The notes beneath the pieces are model-generated. The model saw only the letters and a program-made list of their open reading frames with translations. It did no database searches and was not told the DNA's origin. A stretch of 59,633 nt of DNA, counting the filler, from Circinaria calcarea (taxonomy: Eukaryota): assembly GCA_051942165.1 (NCBI GenBank). It is 9 parts of 9 records of this genome, joined end to end, with 100 filler letters (N's around TTAATTAATTAA, not from the genome) between each part and the next. Parts side by side here need not be neighbours in the genome. Positions count along the whole stretch, not along the records: positions 46,482 to 53,007 come from JAVECS010001563.1; positions 53,108 to 59,633 come from JAVECS010001564.1; 7 more parts are not named here. One strand, written 5' to 3'. The position numbers were made by a program, and so were the translations under genes. Each line of letters starts with the position of its first letter. The first letter of the stretch is position 1. Below, piece after piece: positions 48,069 to 59,633 of this stretch.

Positions 48069-49384
48069 GATAGTGACGCAGTATGGAGAGTACACCAAGG
48101 CAGAATGGAAAGAAAGGGCAACTACAGCGACGCTGAGTTGGACTCGAGGTGCGGTATTAGGCCGAGACGAGTGATAGTTTGTGAGAGGGGAAAAAGATGA
48201 GCTTAGGGTTGATGGTAGTGAAGGAGATGATTCCCAACCGGTACAGCCGAGCTTACGGAGGGCTTCTTCCGATTGCAAGCAGCTTCAGAGGACTATTTTA
48301 ACGGAGTGACAGCCCACCTGCTGCTACGCCTCTCCTGGTGTTCACCAGTTAAAGCTGTAATCCATGATTGACTCCCACTCCTGCAATGTAACTCCGGTCG
48401 TGTGTGTACCGTATTGTATTACCGTACGCTTCAAGGTCGAATCTCCCGCGTCGCCGTTCGCCCGCCATCGAGGGAGCCTGGTCTGCTGTGTCACAATGAA
48501 TGCCCTGCAGCCTGCAGCGCCAAGGTACACAAAGAAAGGTAGGATTTCAAACTAATTTCCAAATGTGGCCCAGCAAGCAGCTGGTCAGTTGGTTACCGCG
48601 TCGGAAACAGCTCCATCCCTGATAGTTTGCTTCGCCTTGCCTAATCCAAGCCGACGAGATCAGCTCCCCATCCAGGTACCGGCGTGTGTTGGATTGGGAG
48701 CATGTGAGTTCACTGGGCAGAAGGAGTTCTGTTCCTTGTAAGCTTTTCGCTGTACGATATGCAGAGAGAAGCTCCAGGGTACACCTCCAAGCATACATAT
48801 ACCTGCAGAATACAGCTTACTAGCTCGTGCTTCTGCCTTTCTCAGTCTGATTTGAGTATTGTTCTGGTGCAACTTACTACGTACCTCATCCTCGGTTACC
48901 ACGATTTATTTCTCCATGCCATGCAGCTCTTGCGCCTTGTATTCTCAGAAACATCAACGGGCATTATCTGCAAGTACAGGCAGTGGCTTAAGCCGTGCCG
49001 CTTGGATTGCATGCATTTGCGTGTGACCCGAGGTAGGTAGTCACTCGGGTGGTTTATAGTAACTCGCTGTGATGTTACCCTGCATTTCGCGCATACCTTT
49101 CGACGTTTACTCCTCGGATGAATACTGAAAAGAATCTCCTTGCCAAGCAGGGCAACGGCAGGTGCCATGTTCCTCGCCTGGGGTGAATACTTGGGCTTTG
49201 GTCTTAAATGCCAAGGGTTCTATCTGGCTTCTGTTCTTTCCTCTAGTCCATCCCACTTTCCTATTATTACCAAGACTCAATTTTCCCTGAACGGAAAACA
49301 CTTCTGAAGTCCTCTAAAACGAAAAGAATTTCCGGGGCAGCCAGAAACGAAAATGCCCTACGCCATCGCCTGCTATGACTCTGC

Positions 49385-49901
49385 GATGACAACAGCACTA
49401 CGGAATATTGTCGAACTAGGGGCCCTTGTATCAGGCGTCACAGTTAGCGTATCCAAAAAGGCCGGGACCCCCGCCAATTCTGTGAACCCGGCATGGCGCA
49501 CTGCACTTTTCGATGCGGTGCTCGGCACATAAGTTTCCTTTCCACGGCTCACCCACTTGTCTTTCTCTCAAGCTCTCTCATATATCACCAGATTATCTAC
49601 TGATGTGCACGCTAAACGTAGATTCTGGAGCAACACGGACTGGAACCTGAACCTCGCCAACCAGCAGCTAATGGCCAACGTCCTCGTTCCGCAGCTGGAG
49701 CTCTTGACTCCCGGTGGCGGTGCATACGTTAACGAGGGCGATTTCCGGCAACCGAACTTTCAAGACGTGTTTTATGGAAGCAATTACCAGGCCTTGAATG
49801 CGATCAAGAACAAGTATGACCCCGATCATATATTTTACGCCCTCACAGCCGTCGGGAGCGAGTACTGGACCGAGCAAGCCGATGGAAGGCTGTGTAGATA
49901 G
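49385..49901 (+). pseudogene. C-terminal fragment of a FAD-linked oxidoreductase (BBE domain)
   Basis: NSVNPAWR..LTPGGGAYVNEGD..FYGSNY..IKNKYDP..FYALTAVGSE.W..DGRLC. The donor is mutated to ATAAGT (49529) and no N-terminal FAD domain is seen upstream. Confidence 0.8.
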
Positions 49902-49940
49902 GACTTAGCGGTTAGTATAAAGTGTAAATATCCTCCTTTT

Positions 49941-50339
49941 TGTTATGACGCCACTACCATATTAGGGGGGAGGTTAGCTCCGGAACGGGGTAACCTTGGA
50001 CCGGATAATCAGTAGCTCATTGTTATGGCGCCAGCACAATGACATGTACTAGGACCCAATCGGGACTAGTGTCGGAGCGGAGTAACCCTACGCCGCTTGC
50101 TCAGTATGCTCAGTGTGCTCAGTAGATGAGCAGAGGTGAGCAGGATGAGCAAACATATATATAAGCAGGCTATTCCCGCTCTTTAAAATAGTATGCTTAT
50201 AGAACCACAACGAGTTCAATATACTCCTTTTACATTGAGCCTAGGGCAATAGTTTGACTACACCCTATGTAACCGTGCTATCACCAATTGGAACCTATCA
50301 TATTCCTCAATAGGCCCCAAGGATTGCAGTGCCCTTATA
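49941..50339 (+). mobile_element. Solo or compound LTR (family copy 2)
   Basis: TGTTATGACGCC at 49941 and TGTTATGGCGCC at 50021; TATA box; 3' 175 bp match 13670-13844; terminal CA is TA here. Confidence 0.8.
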
Positions 50340-53007
50340 TATTATTAAAAAATTCTCATATAACGTTTCGCGAGGAAAACCTTTCTCGCTAAGCCAACAG
50401 CTTGTGAGCTTAGTGTATAGTTCTCCCGTAGGGTTCGTAGGGGTTCTCGGGTAAAGCCCATATAATTATAATAAAATTTATTTATTTATTTATTTATTTT
50501 ATCGATGTTATATAGTGACGCCGTAGCTGAATACTTATTATCTGTTCACCCGTTCATGGTGATAAAATAGGTATGAAAGGGAATGCTGTTTCGGGGGCTG
50601 GAGAAACCTGGTGATTACTCCGAATGATATTTAGGGGACACTTTTGATAAGGCAGCCCGACGCCCGTTACTTTGCTTGGATTAATAAGCAATGGATTCTG
50701 CTCGCATACCCGGCCTTGAACGGAGCTAGGATTGGTCACATCCCGAGCAACAGTGCGGAATTAAGCTCTGCAGGTGGCTTACCTCCACTCAAAGCCACAG
50801 AGTTAGCAGTAAATGCCCCGGGCTTAACGATTCCGAACAATCACTGCCAGACAGCCTGGTTTTGGCGATAAGCAGAGACATGTGGGTGATTTTGTTCGAA
50901 ATATTGACAGCTATGTGTAGCATCATTGCAACCTTTCCTTCTTTATACACGGATATAACGGTTTTATTCCCATTCAAGCGGAAGCGCGACGCCAAAGGAA
51001 GCAGGAACGTCGGCCAGAAAGTGCCAAGTCATTTGATAGCCTAGAGGAAAGTCGCGAATGGCAATATCAATGCTGGCGAGGGGAAAGAAGCCCGGAATTT
51101 CTGTCCGGGCTGGGATGTGGATGGCACCTCCCTGGATCCCCTTTGTTCCCCTCCCAGTCCCCTATTAATGGCAAGGTGAGGCTTGAACTTATGTCTGGAA
51201 CAGGAGGAGCTGGGTGTGGTGGCATTCACCTCTGTGCTTCCAGCCAGCATTGGCTATCTGAGCCGTCTGATGTGCAGCCCGTTTTCCTGTTACCTGTTGC
51301 CCATATTGTGAGCATCAATCATAATTGTCTGCGCCCTGTTGCCCTCTGGCGTATCTGACTCGGAGCTGACCGACGTTCCAGAGCAGATCATTGTGCATCG
51401 GAACCCTCTCCATCCGTCCCAAGACCCAAGCATAAAGGATCATGATTGTCCCAACCGTTGCTACTGGCTCATCCCCCATTGTAGGACAGAGCCCAGAGAT
51501 CATATCTTTCAACTGGCCAGACAAGAAAGCCGACAAGCACCTTGAGGGGAAACTTGGCGAACCTGCAGAAAAGGAAAAGGACACCTACCTGTCTTTCTTC
51601 AAGCGAGTCTTCGATGAACAGCTTGCGGCTTTCGGGAAATCGGTCATGGGCGTGCCAGACAGGGACGAGGAGGATCAAACGTTCATTTGCAGCACGACCA
51701 TTCACTTCAGGAGAAAGCTCGAGGATGAAGGGAGTAATAACCACTGTATACTAATTATCATTCGTGGGAAATACAAGTTGATATACTCTGATTCCAATAA
51801 ATTTGGCTAGATAAGTCCTAGCTATAGGAAGGAAGATAAGCTTGCGTATTCTGTCTTTGTTTTTCATATAATTAGGACCTACCTAGGTGGAGAGCGACCA
51901 GCGAAATAGAATACCTCCAACTTTACCCCGTGGTCGAGGGGCACCTATATAATCACCGTATTGCCGTCCATTCTAGCTGCTGTTATGTAAAGTGGCGTCG
52001 TACTGCCAAAATCTCCCTCGCGTTTACCTTGGGGCATGTTGTCAGAACGGCGCTTTACACGAGCAGCTGCGACATCGTTCATTCCCGCAAGACAGGCCAT
52101 GCGCAATACCGGTGCACGAGAACCGCGCCCGACCGTCGAACTAAAGGCAAGGTTGGTTTGAGATGCTTGTTTTGGCAGTCTGTTCTGCCAGGAGCAAACC
52201 CATTTGAGTGGTTTGATTAGAAATAGCCGCAGCAAAGGTGCTGTAACAAAGCTTTATTTCTCCGGAGATCTGTTCCGTAGAATGTCTCGTCTCGCGAAGT
52301 ATCTCTGGCATACTCCTAACTGCTGTAATACGTCCCATAGATTTGTATGAAAGTGGGCGAGGCTGTGTCACACCGCTTGGTGGCCTAGCTGTCGACACAG
52401 CGTCCCGATGGAGTATTTCGCCATACCACAGATTACTCGAGCAAACTTTGCATACCTTTACTGTCTGTCAAGTCGGCCTGAATAAAGCGGTACTCGCCTT
52501 TTGAAAGGAAGGAAAAGGAAAATAGGCATATCTTCTACGAAATACTTATAGTCTGGCCAAGCAAATCCCTGCAGTCATCTACTACTAGGGAGAGCGTAGT
52601 ATATAGCACAGTTGTATTGACACCGACTTTGGAAATTCTATAGCCCAATACCGTGGAGTTGTGGTACGAGCCTGTCTCGCCGGACGCTCCCTTTGATCAA
52701 GACTACTTCGAGTTGATGCATCTCTGATATCACGAATGTTTCTAAGGAGGTTTACTGCATCACTAAACTTTGCTTCTTCGAGGGACTTGAGTAATCGTTC
52801 ACCAGTGCCACAAGGACAAATGGAGGACCCCTTTGTAGTTGTTGAGGAATTCATTTTACAGACAATCCATCCCTCATAACGAAAGCTAGATAGCAACAAG
52901 TTCAGAGATGGAAAGAAGTGGAGACGTTATTGTACTTCCTTGCGCAAGCCATCGTAACCGGAACCGCCGATAGAAGACATTGGTTTTGGGCCTATCGGCA
53001 CATCGAG

Positions 53008-53107
53008 NNNNNNNNNNNNNNNNNNNNNNNNNNNNNNNNNNNNNNNNNNNNTTAATTAATTAANNNNNNNNNNNNNNNNNNNNNNNNNNNNNNNNNNNNN
53101 NNNNNNN
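53008..53107. other. Artificial contig linker
   Basis: N44-TTAATTAATTAA-N44. Confidence 0.99.
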
Positions 53108-53171
53108 GTGTATGCCTCGCCACTCGCAAGGAGACTCCCGAGCGAGGTCGGACTATCGTATCCCGGCAGCA
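53108..53171 (+). repeat. 64-bp exact direct repeat of 54040-54103
   Basis: Identical sequence GTGTATGCC...CCCGGCAGCA; the copy is cut by the contig start. Confidence 0.95.
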
Positions 53172-53927
53172 CCCTTGCACGTTCAGCCCCTCCGCCTTAA
53201 CTCGTAAATTCGTAAATTCATCATAAAAACAAAACAAATTTACACCCCAGCACAGATTATAAACCATAAAATTTCCCACGCTTTATAAATAAATCGAATA
53301 AGAAAATCCCAACCCAACCCTTATTTATAAATTGTACGGATAATTAATGGCCGGTAACCGGATTTCCATTCACGTTTATTTAAAAAGCCGGAAGCCGGAA
53401 GCCGGAAGCTCGGAGATGTAATATTTATTGGGGTTTGGATTTATGGGGTGATACGATGGAGGATGGAGGATTAACTTGGTTTAATTTAGTGCAGAGCAAA
53501 GGACTTAGTGGCGGTGATGTAAGATTACAAGGACTTGAGAAGGAGATACAGTAAGATTAGTGACGGACAGAAGGCGGTAGGCGGTGGGGACTTGGAAGTG
53601 AGCAGGAGCAGAAATCAACGAGGACATATAGGGTTGGAAGGGGTGATGATATCGAGAGGTGGAGGTGTGAAGGCGTGAAATCCAGAATCCGTGGCTGAAA
53701 TTATTTTGATAAAGAAGGTGATGGGGTAAAGTTGCTGTTTTAGGAGAACGGAAAGCTTGTAGTTTAGATGCGTAGGTACATCGTCTTGGCGTTTCGTGTG
53801 GTGTTGAGCTAGTACAAATCATTCAAGAAAGCACGAAAACAAGTAGTACAGCGTGTATTGTAAACCATCCAAGACGATCGAACGTTAATCATTATAAAGA
53901 AACTACATCATCACCGTCATATCGCTC

Positions 53928-54670
53928 CTACCCATCTCGACTGTCTCCATCCCTTGAGATATCCAAAATACAGGACCCATCCGGCGGAAGTGACAAGATT
54001 ATTGTATCTGCGATCGATTCAGAAGCACTGTCATCTGTCGTGTATGCCTCGCCACTCGCAAGGAGACTCCCGAGCGAGGTCGGACTATCGTATCCCGGCA
54101 GCATCTTGGAGATGACAGAGACTGGTAGAATTACTCCAAGGCTCTCCAGGGTAGCTTGGAGTTGTTCGAAGGCCGTTTGCTTTAACTGCTCCTCTCCTTC
54201 GTTTGTAAGGATGATACTCTGTTCGTGCGCGGCAAGGCTTTCGATGGTCAAGGGAGTGGCGGCGGGAAGTAGGTTGTCTTGGTTGGGAGCTCGAACGACA
54301 TCATCGGCGGTATAGCGAGCCGAATCGTCTGTAAGACTGCTCGGGGCGTTGTGGGTTTGGTCGGTGAAAAAGGAGGAGCCTCGCGAATCTGCCGGTAGTC
54401 TACGTAGTAGAGATCAGCGAAAGAATAATGGCAATAACAAAACTAACAGGTATATGGCTGAGTCTCCTCTTCCAAGAGAAATACTCCAAGACCAAAGAGA
54501 GAGTCCATAGGGTTGGGTGTGGGAGACAAACGACAGAGCTGCGGGGGAAGGCTGTTTAGGGCAACCGCCTCCCGACCGGGAGTCTCTACTTACACTTCAG
54601 AAACCGGGGTGACGCCGGATGGAACATGACTGTCTATCGGTACTTTGGTTCTCGCGTTTTGGAAAGACAT
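53928..54670 (-). CDS. Hypothetical 182-aa protein, paralogue A (intron 54400-54593)
   Basis: 77-nt exon 1 (MSFQNART..), GTAAGT..GCTGAT..TAG phase-2 intron, open exon 2; similar to 56165-56879. Confidence 0.62.
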
Positions 54671-56164
54671 CTTGGATGAAAGTAAAGGGAAACTGGTATG
54701 AAATGGTCGATGGTTCAGTATGTCGGAGGGCAGAGAGGGATCGGAGAAGAGCTAAGAGAAGATGCAACATGGGCAGAGAAGTACAGAGGACGAGAAGAAC
54801 TGAGCATGCTTCAGAGGAGCAGCAAGCGTGTAAAGTAAGCCGGGACAAATGGGGATAGAAAGGCAGATATCCTGTTCGCCCCCGAGAGCGTTCCCACCGA
54901 CCAGGTATACTCTTACCCTTTAGCCGGTGCTTCTACTTAACCTGCTCAACACGGCAGAAGGTTGTTTGGACGAGTCTATGACCTTGCGACCGGAGGTGGA
55001 GGGGTCTCTCCTTGTAGCCTCTTGGTCGGAAGTCCTCTCATGTTGATATCGCGTATGCAACAGTTCTGACGCTAGCACCTTACCATGATATCGTGAACCA
55101 CTTCCGCAATGCGAAGCAGCCAGCGAGCTGACAGTAATCATTTCATCATACGTATCGGCATGATACCCATGGAGTGGGCGATTTACCACAAGCCTTGCCT
55201 TTAGCCCTTGAATGAGAGTGATACGGTTTTTTGAAAAGCCGTACTATGGTATGTTGTCTGTGGACTGATTGATTAGATGCGTTGGTCTGATTGGCCAATA
55301 TCATGACTTTAAAGTTCGACATCGTGGGCTGCATGGATGATGTCACCTCTGAGGATCCGCCGACCAACATAAAAGTTGAGTTATATACATGAATTAACCA
55401 CCATAATGAGTATTTAATGCCTTTACCATCTGTAGCAACTAATTACTTGCATCTAGAAGACATTTCTGCCATACGTGCACATATTTCCTCCATAGTAATC
55501 TAATCCACTATGCTATTTGCTATTTAAAATCTATGTCGGCGGAACCTCGGAGGTGCCAATCATCCATGCCGCCCCTGTGCCTAGTAACTCTCGCTTGCCA
55601 TATGCAGTGCCACCCATGTCGGATCGGATCGGAAAAACACCTCTACGGCGGCGACATACTGATAATCCATGTGGTAAATCCCTCAGACAATACCATAGGT
55701 TATAGGATAAAGCCAAGGTTAAGTAGCTAGGGCGTTGTTCCAATTAGTCCGCCGTAGTCTTTCTCCAGCGCATCCATTGTGAAAATCATTTCCGCCCGAG
55801 ATTTGCTTACTGGCTCGACATGTAGAGGGCTCTTCAATCAAGGAGCCAACTTCATTGCATCTCCTGTTATTGAGAACTCACGAGGGAGAAGTCTACTTGG
55901 AAAAGGCTGTAAGCCTTCACGGCCCTTTAGACATAGCCGGTGCCCGGTCTATATAGTTACTACTACAAAGCTCTCATGGGGCACGATATAACAAAAGTCT
56001 GCCAGGTGAATCTTCATGGGAATAAGTAGTGATGTAGACGGCATTAAATTCAGAGCGAGGAGTAATTCGCATACGGATCCAGACATGCGATGACTAAGGC
56101 AGAGCAGACACTTGTCATGGCTTTTGCCGTTTGCTTCTTCCTGCTACTTTTGCTAAGCTTCTAG

Positions 56165-56879
56165 CTACAATGCAATCATAGACACCCTGCTGCCCTCTTC
56201 CCAATCCCCAGAAGTCTCTCCAACCCGGCTGTCATCCACATGCTGGCGTTTTGGCATGGCTCCGGCCGCAAAGGGGCAATCGAGATCGGTCTTGAACCTT
56301 TCCATCGGCGTCTTGCCATCGTATATCTCCCCCATCTTAACGATAGTACACTCGGGTAGGACAATTTCAAGACTCTGCAAGGTGGCCTTGAGGTCTTCTA
56401 CCCGTCGCTGAAACAATCCGCGCTCTTCCTCAAGGTAAACCGGGACTTTGTCTGCGATATCGTGCCGTTTGTTGTTGCGGGTGAGGCTCTCATCTGTGAG
56501 AGGGGTGGAAGAGGAAGGTGGGATGCCTTGGTTGATTTTGACATAATGATGGCTAAAGGGATGATCGAGATGGATATCTGTACTGACGGGCATAGCCCCA
56601 GTTTCGTAGGTCGAGTGATGGCTATCTTGAGAGCCTGGCCCTTTGACATATTTACTATATTCACGATAATCAGCAACGACACTCCGACAAACCACCCTTC
56701 CGAACAACAAGGAAATTGACCCAAGCACGAAAGGGAAAGATAATGACGTTTAAGTTGGGTTTGCTCGGTTGAGAGATTGGCTAGAAAAAGGGGGTAACCT
56801 ACCTTTCATGTCGATGGCTTCTCGACGTTAACCCATCACTCATGGCACTCGTGTCATGGGAAGTATATTGGTCAGGCAT
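56165..56879 (-). CDS. Hypothetical 188-aa protein, paralogue B (intron 56655-56802)
   Basis: 77-nt exon 1 (MPDQYTSH..), GTAGGT..GCTGAT..TAG phase-2 intron, open exon 2; similar to 53928-54670. Confidence 0.62.
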
Positions 56880-59348
56880 TGCGGTAGAGAGAGAAGTCTT
56901 ACGGGTTAGAGTCTAAGCTCCTTGAGGATGGGATATCGTAACCGTTGAAGTAGAACTTATGTGAGGATGGGTCCGACTTATTAAATAGAGACAGAAGGAA
57001 GGACTAGGAGCATAGAATGAGAGGACTTCAGGCTTTGAACTAGCATCTTTACACATCTTGGCAAAAAATTGGAAAGAGAGAGTGAAAGTAGCACCGTGTA
57101 ACTTTCGGATGGGCAGAAAGGAGTAATGCCCGAATTGAGATTGTACGCCAGATCAAACCCGAGCAAGATGTCAACCCTGAGCAAGGTGAGAGCGTGTCAA
57201 GGAGAATGCTGACAATTAATCGCATTCGTTAAGATAGCCGGTATCAAACCTTAGATAGGTACGTGGAACGCACGTTCTCTACCTTACTCGGTAGGGCCGA
57301 GAACGTGAGATGGATAACTCTGCGGAACTGAGCCAAAATGGTGCGAGGACTTCATCGACTGGAGCCGAAGCTCGGAGTTCATGATGCGCAGTCGTATCGA
57401 GGGCGTACATCTACCGGAAGATGCTGCACCTCAGCCGTTGAACCGTCCGAGGTGCATAGGCAGGACAGCGGCGTTCCGATGAACTTTATCGATTGAAGAA
57501 GACTATTTGCCATGTATCTCGACACAAGGGTCTGAGGGGACCACGCTCCTCGCACACCCATTCCGTATACTCAATTGGACAGAAGCAGAGGAACTGAATT
57601 GTCTACTTCTTGCCCCTGCTCTAGCGCAGCCCTAGCGGCTAGAATATCTTCGCTTCGAAATCGGCTCGATCGACGATAATCGCATATAATAGTAGTCTGA
57701 TGCTGTAAATCGAGAGGTTCGCAGGCATCTTTTTGATCTATGAGTCCTTGGGCTGTCTGCTGGGTCATGCTCATCCTTAAGTGGCTCATCACTTCCTCCG
57801 CTACCTTGGCTATTAATGACAGGGTTTGAAACCCTGGAAAATACCGCAGCCATCATCCATAATCGACTGGGGACGATTTCAGCATGCGGGTCTGAAAAGG
57901 TGCGACTGCTGACAGAGATCAGCCAGATTGCTCTACATACCACAGGCTTGATTGTCCGCAGGTCGGGATCAAGTCCAGAATTGGACGTGCAGCGACGAGG
58001 CTGCCTTGTGTTATCTAGAATTGTCTATTGATGCCATCCAAGTGTTTCTCGGCAAGGCGATTCAAGGTAAGATGGCACCGCTATCCTTCCGTCAATTTGG
58101 TCGGCCCTTGATATGGGAAGATGGTCGAACAATGAGTGATTACAGGCCGTTGGGGGGGAGTCCATGCAGCTTTTCCAATCACTACATCAGCATTCCATGT
58201 ATAAGGCTCGTCAATCACACCAGCAGATCTGCATGAATGACATTGTAGCAGCACGGGGACGCGTCCACAATGACTTATGAGACGAATAAAATCCCAGGAA
58301 GAAATGCAGACACTTGATCGTGGGAAAGTATCATTTCGCGCCTCGTCAGCTTTGGGTAGTACTGCCGACGGTTACACGTGAATTCCCTTTTCGGTGAGAA
58401 CCCCCGTGGCTGCAGCATTGAGATTCAAGAGCGGGGCGTACCATAAGGAGAGGAATACCGAAAGGGCCGTTATGACTCGGCGTGCGTTGAACCTACAAAA
58501 GGACCATGCGCATGGATGCGATCTTGGCCATCCATGTTGTGAGGTCCATCGCAGTATGCAGTGCGTGAATGGGATACGTTGGGGCAAATATCCACCACCT
58601 GTTGAGAACACTCGAGGCCTTGGCCTTACTGGGTAACTTGAAGGATCCGAAGCTCATCCTATTTGACGGTTAGTATGGTAGGGCCTAACACTGGACAACA
58701 ACAACTTCTGGAGCTCCCGCCACTTCTATATTTCCAAGGGGAATCCATCATAGTGAGATGTTTAGAAATTCCTCCCGTTGGATGAGAATGGGACCTTTAG
58801 ATATTCCATGGCTTATGAGGCACGAGAATGAGGAGCGCCCTCCAACCTGTACTCCGTACCACCCAACAAAATACGCCGTTACATGTATCAGATTAAGAAT
58901 TCAAGATGTTGTTGCTGTAACCCCAGCAGCTGGCTCGTGCTGCCCCGGCCCCGACCAATCCAAGGCGTCTTGTAGCCACAAGTTAGATAGGGCATAGTCC
59001 GAGAGCAGCACTTTATTAGTATTAAGGGATGGGGACTACCTGCCTTACGAAAGTACACCCCGTTATCTAACAATACGACATTGCGCCGCCGGTGGAGTTA
59101 GCCGCCAAGTTTGATGCGCAACATGGCTTCCACTCATCACAGCCTTGGAGCTCTCGGCGGGGCGCATTCACCCCCTCCCTAATGTACTTTTCTTCCCACA
59201 ACTTTCGCCGCCGATGAACGCAGTCTCATCAATATACTTTGCACGAGTCCGTCTCCGAGAGCTCCTGCTCTAGCCAATCGCAAACCAATTAGCAATTCTT
59301 CTTGAGTGGTCGGGGGGGGGGCCAAGGTACCCGCCCGGGAGAAGAATA

Positions 59349-59633
59349 ATGACTCTAAATTGGGACAATGTGGAGGAAGAGGTCCGGAAGCTCTATCTCA
59401 CCGAGAAACGATCCTTGGGGAATGTGAGAAATTACATGGAATGCAAGTATGGTTTTGTGGCCTCGTAAGTCAAGACGCATCAGACTGGCGGGCGGAAGGT
59501 TGACGGCTGCAGTATACGTTCCTACAGATCAAAGCTAGATGAATGGGGCTGCCGGAGACGTGACTCCAAGACGCCAACAAAGGCATCACGAAAACGCAAG
59601 GTCGTCTGCAACAATGTCGACAGCTTGGCGACA
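59349..59633 (+). CDS. Clr5-domain protein N-terminus (intron ~59465-59511); 3'-truncated
   Basis: MTLNWDNVEEEVRKLYLTEKRSLGNVRNYMECKYGFVAS|IRSYRSKLDEWG matches the Clr5 pattern W..I.rLY....sL..v...M...gF.AS...Y...l..WG. Confidence 0.8.

Noticed and set aside
50540..53007. Short ORFs in the right part of contig 8 (e.g. 51442-51810)
   Set aside because: No motifs or coherent exon structure found; possibly decayed genes, but not supportable.
57230..57950. Long minus-strand frame broken by TGA stops
   Set aside because: Could be a pseudogene, but no homology was recognised.

Overview
Filamentous ascomycete (Pezizomycotina) nuclear DNA with short GT-AG introns and RIP-like transition damage. The window is not one locus. 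It is nine contigs (6548, 6542, 6541, 6541, 6539, 6536, 6534, 6526, 6526 bp) joined in descending length order by identical 100-bp N44-TTAATTAATTAA-N44 linkers, so adjacency across linkers means nothing. Housekeeping-type genes: CBM1-GH5_7 mannanase, Msc7-like ALDH, DUF2406, VMA21, Fun30, TOK channel, DOPA dioxygenase, probable annexin C4, GH47 mannosidase, POM33, septin CDC3 and Hsp110. Two secondary-metabolite cluster fragments lie among transposon relics: MCT transporter + P450, and transferase + FSH1 esterase + P450. There are also several pseudogenes, solo LTRs and a MITE. Most notable observations: (i) an intact acyltransferase-fold cluster gene lacking the catalytic HxxxD histidine; (ii) a 188-bp solo LTR whose 5-bp target duplication creates in-frame GT..AG splice sites; (iii) a tandem pair of unrecognised paralogues with identical exon-1 length; (iv) a GH47 gene intact except for one TGA at a conserved Trp; (v) a P450 with Asn replacing the I-helix Thr; (vi) an open-frame 192-nt intron in Hsp110. 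All family calls come from motif recognition by eye; no searches were run.
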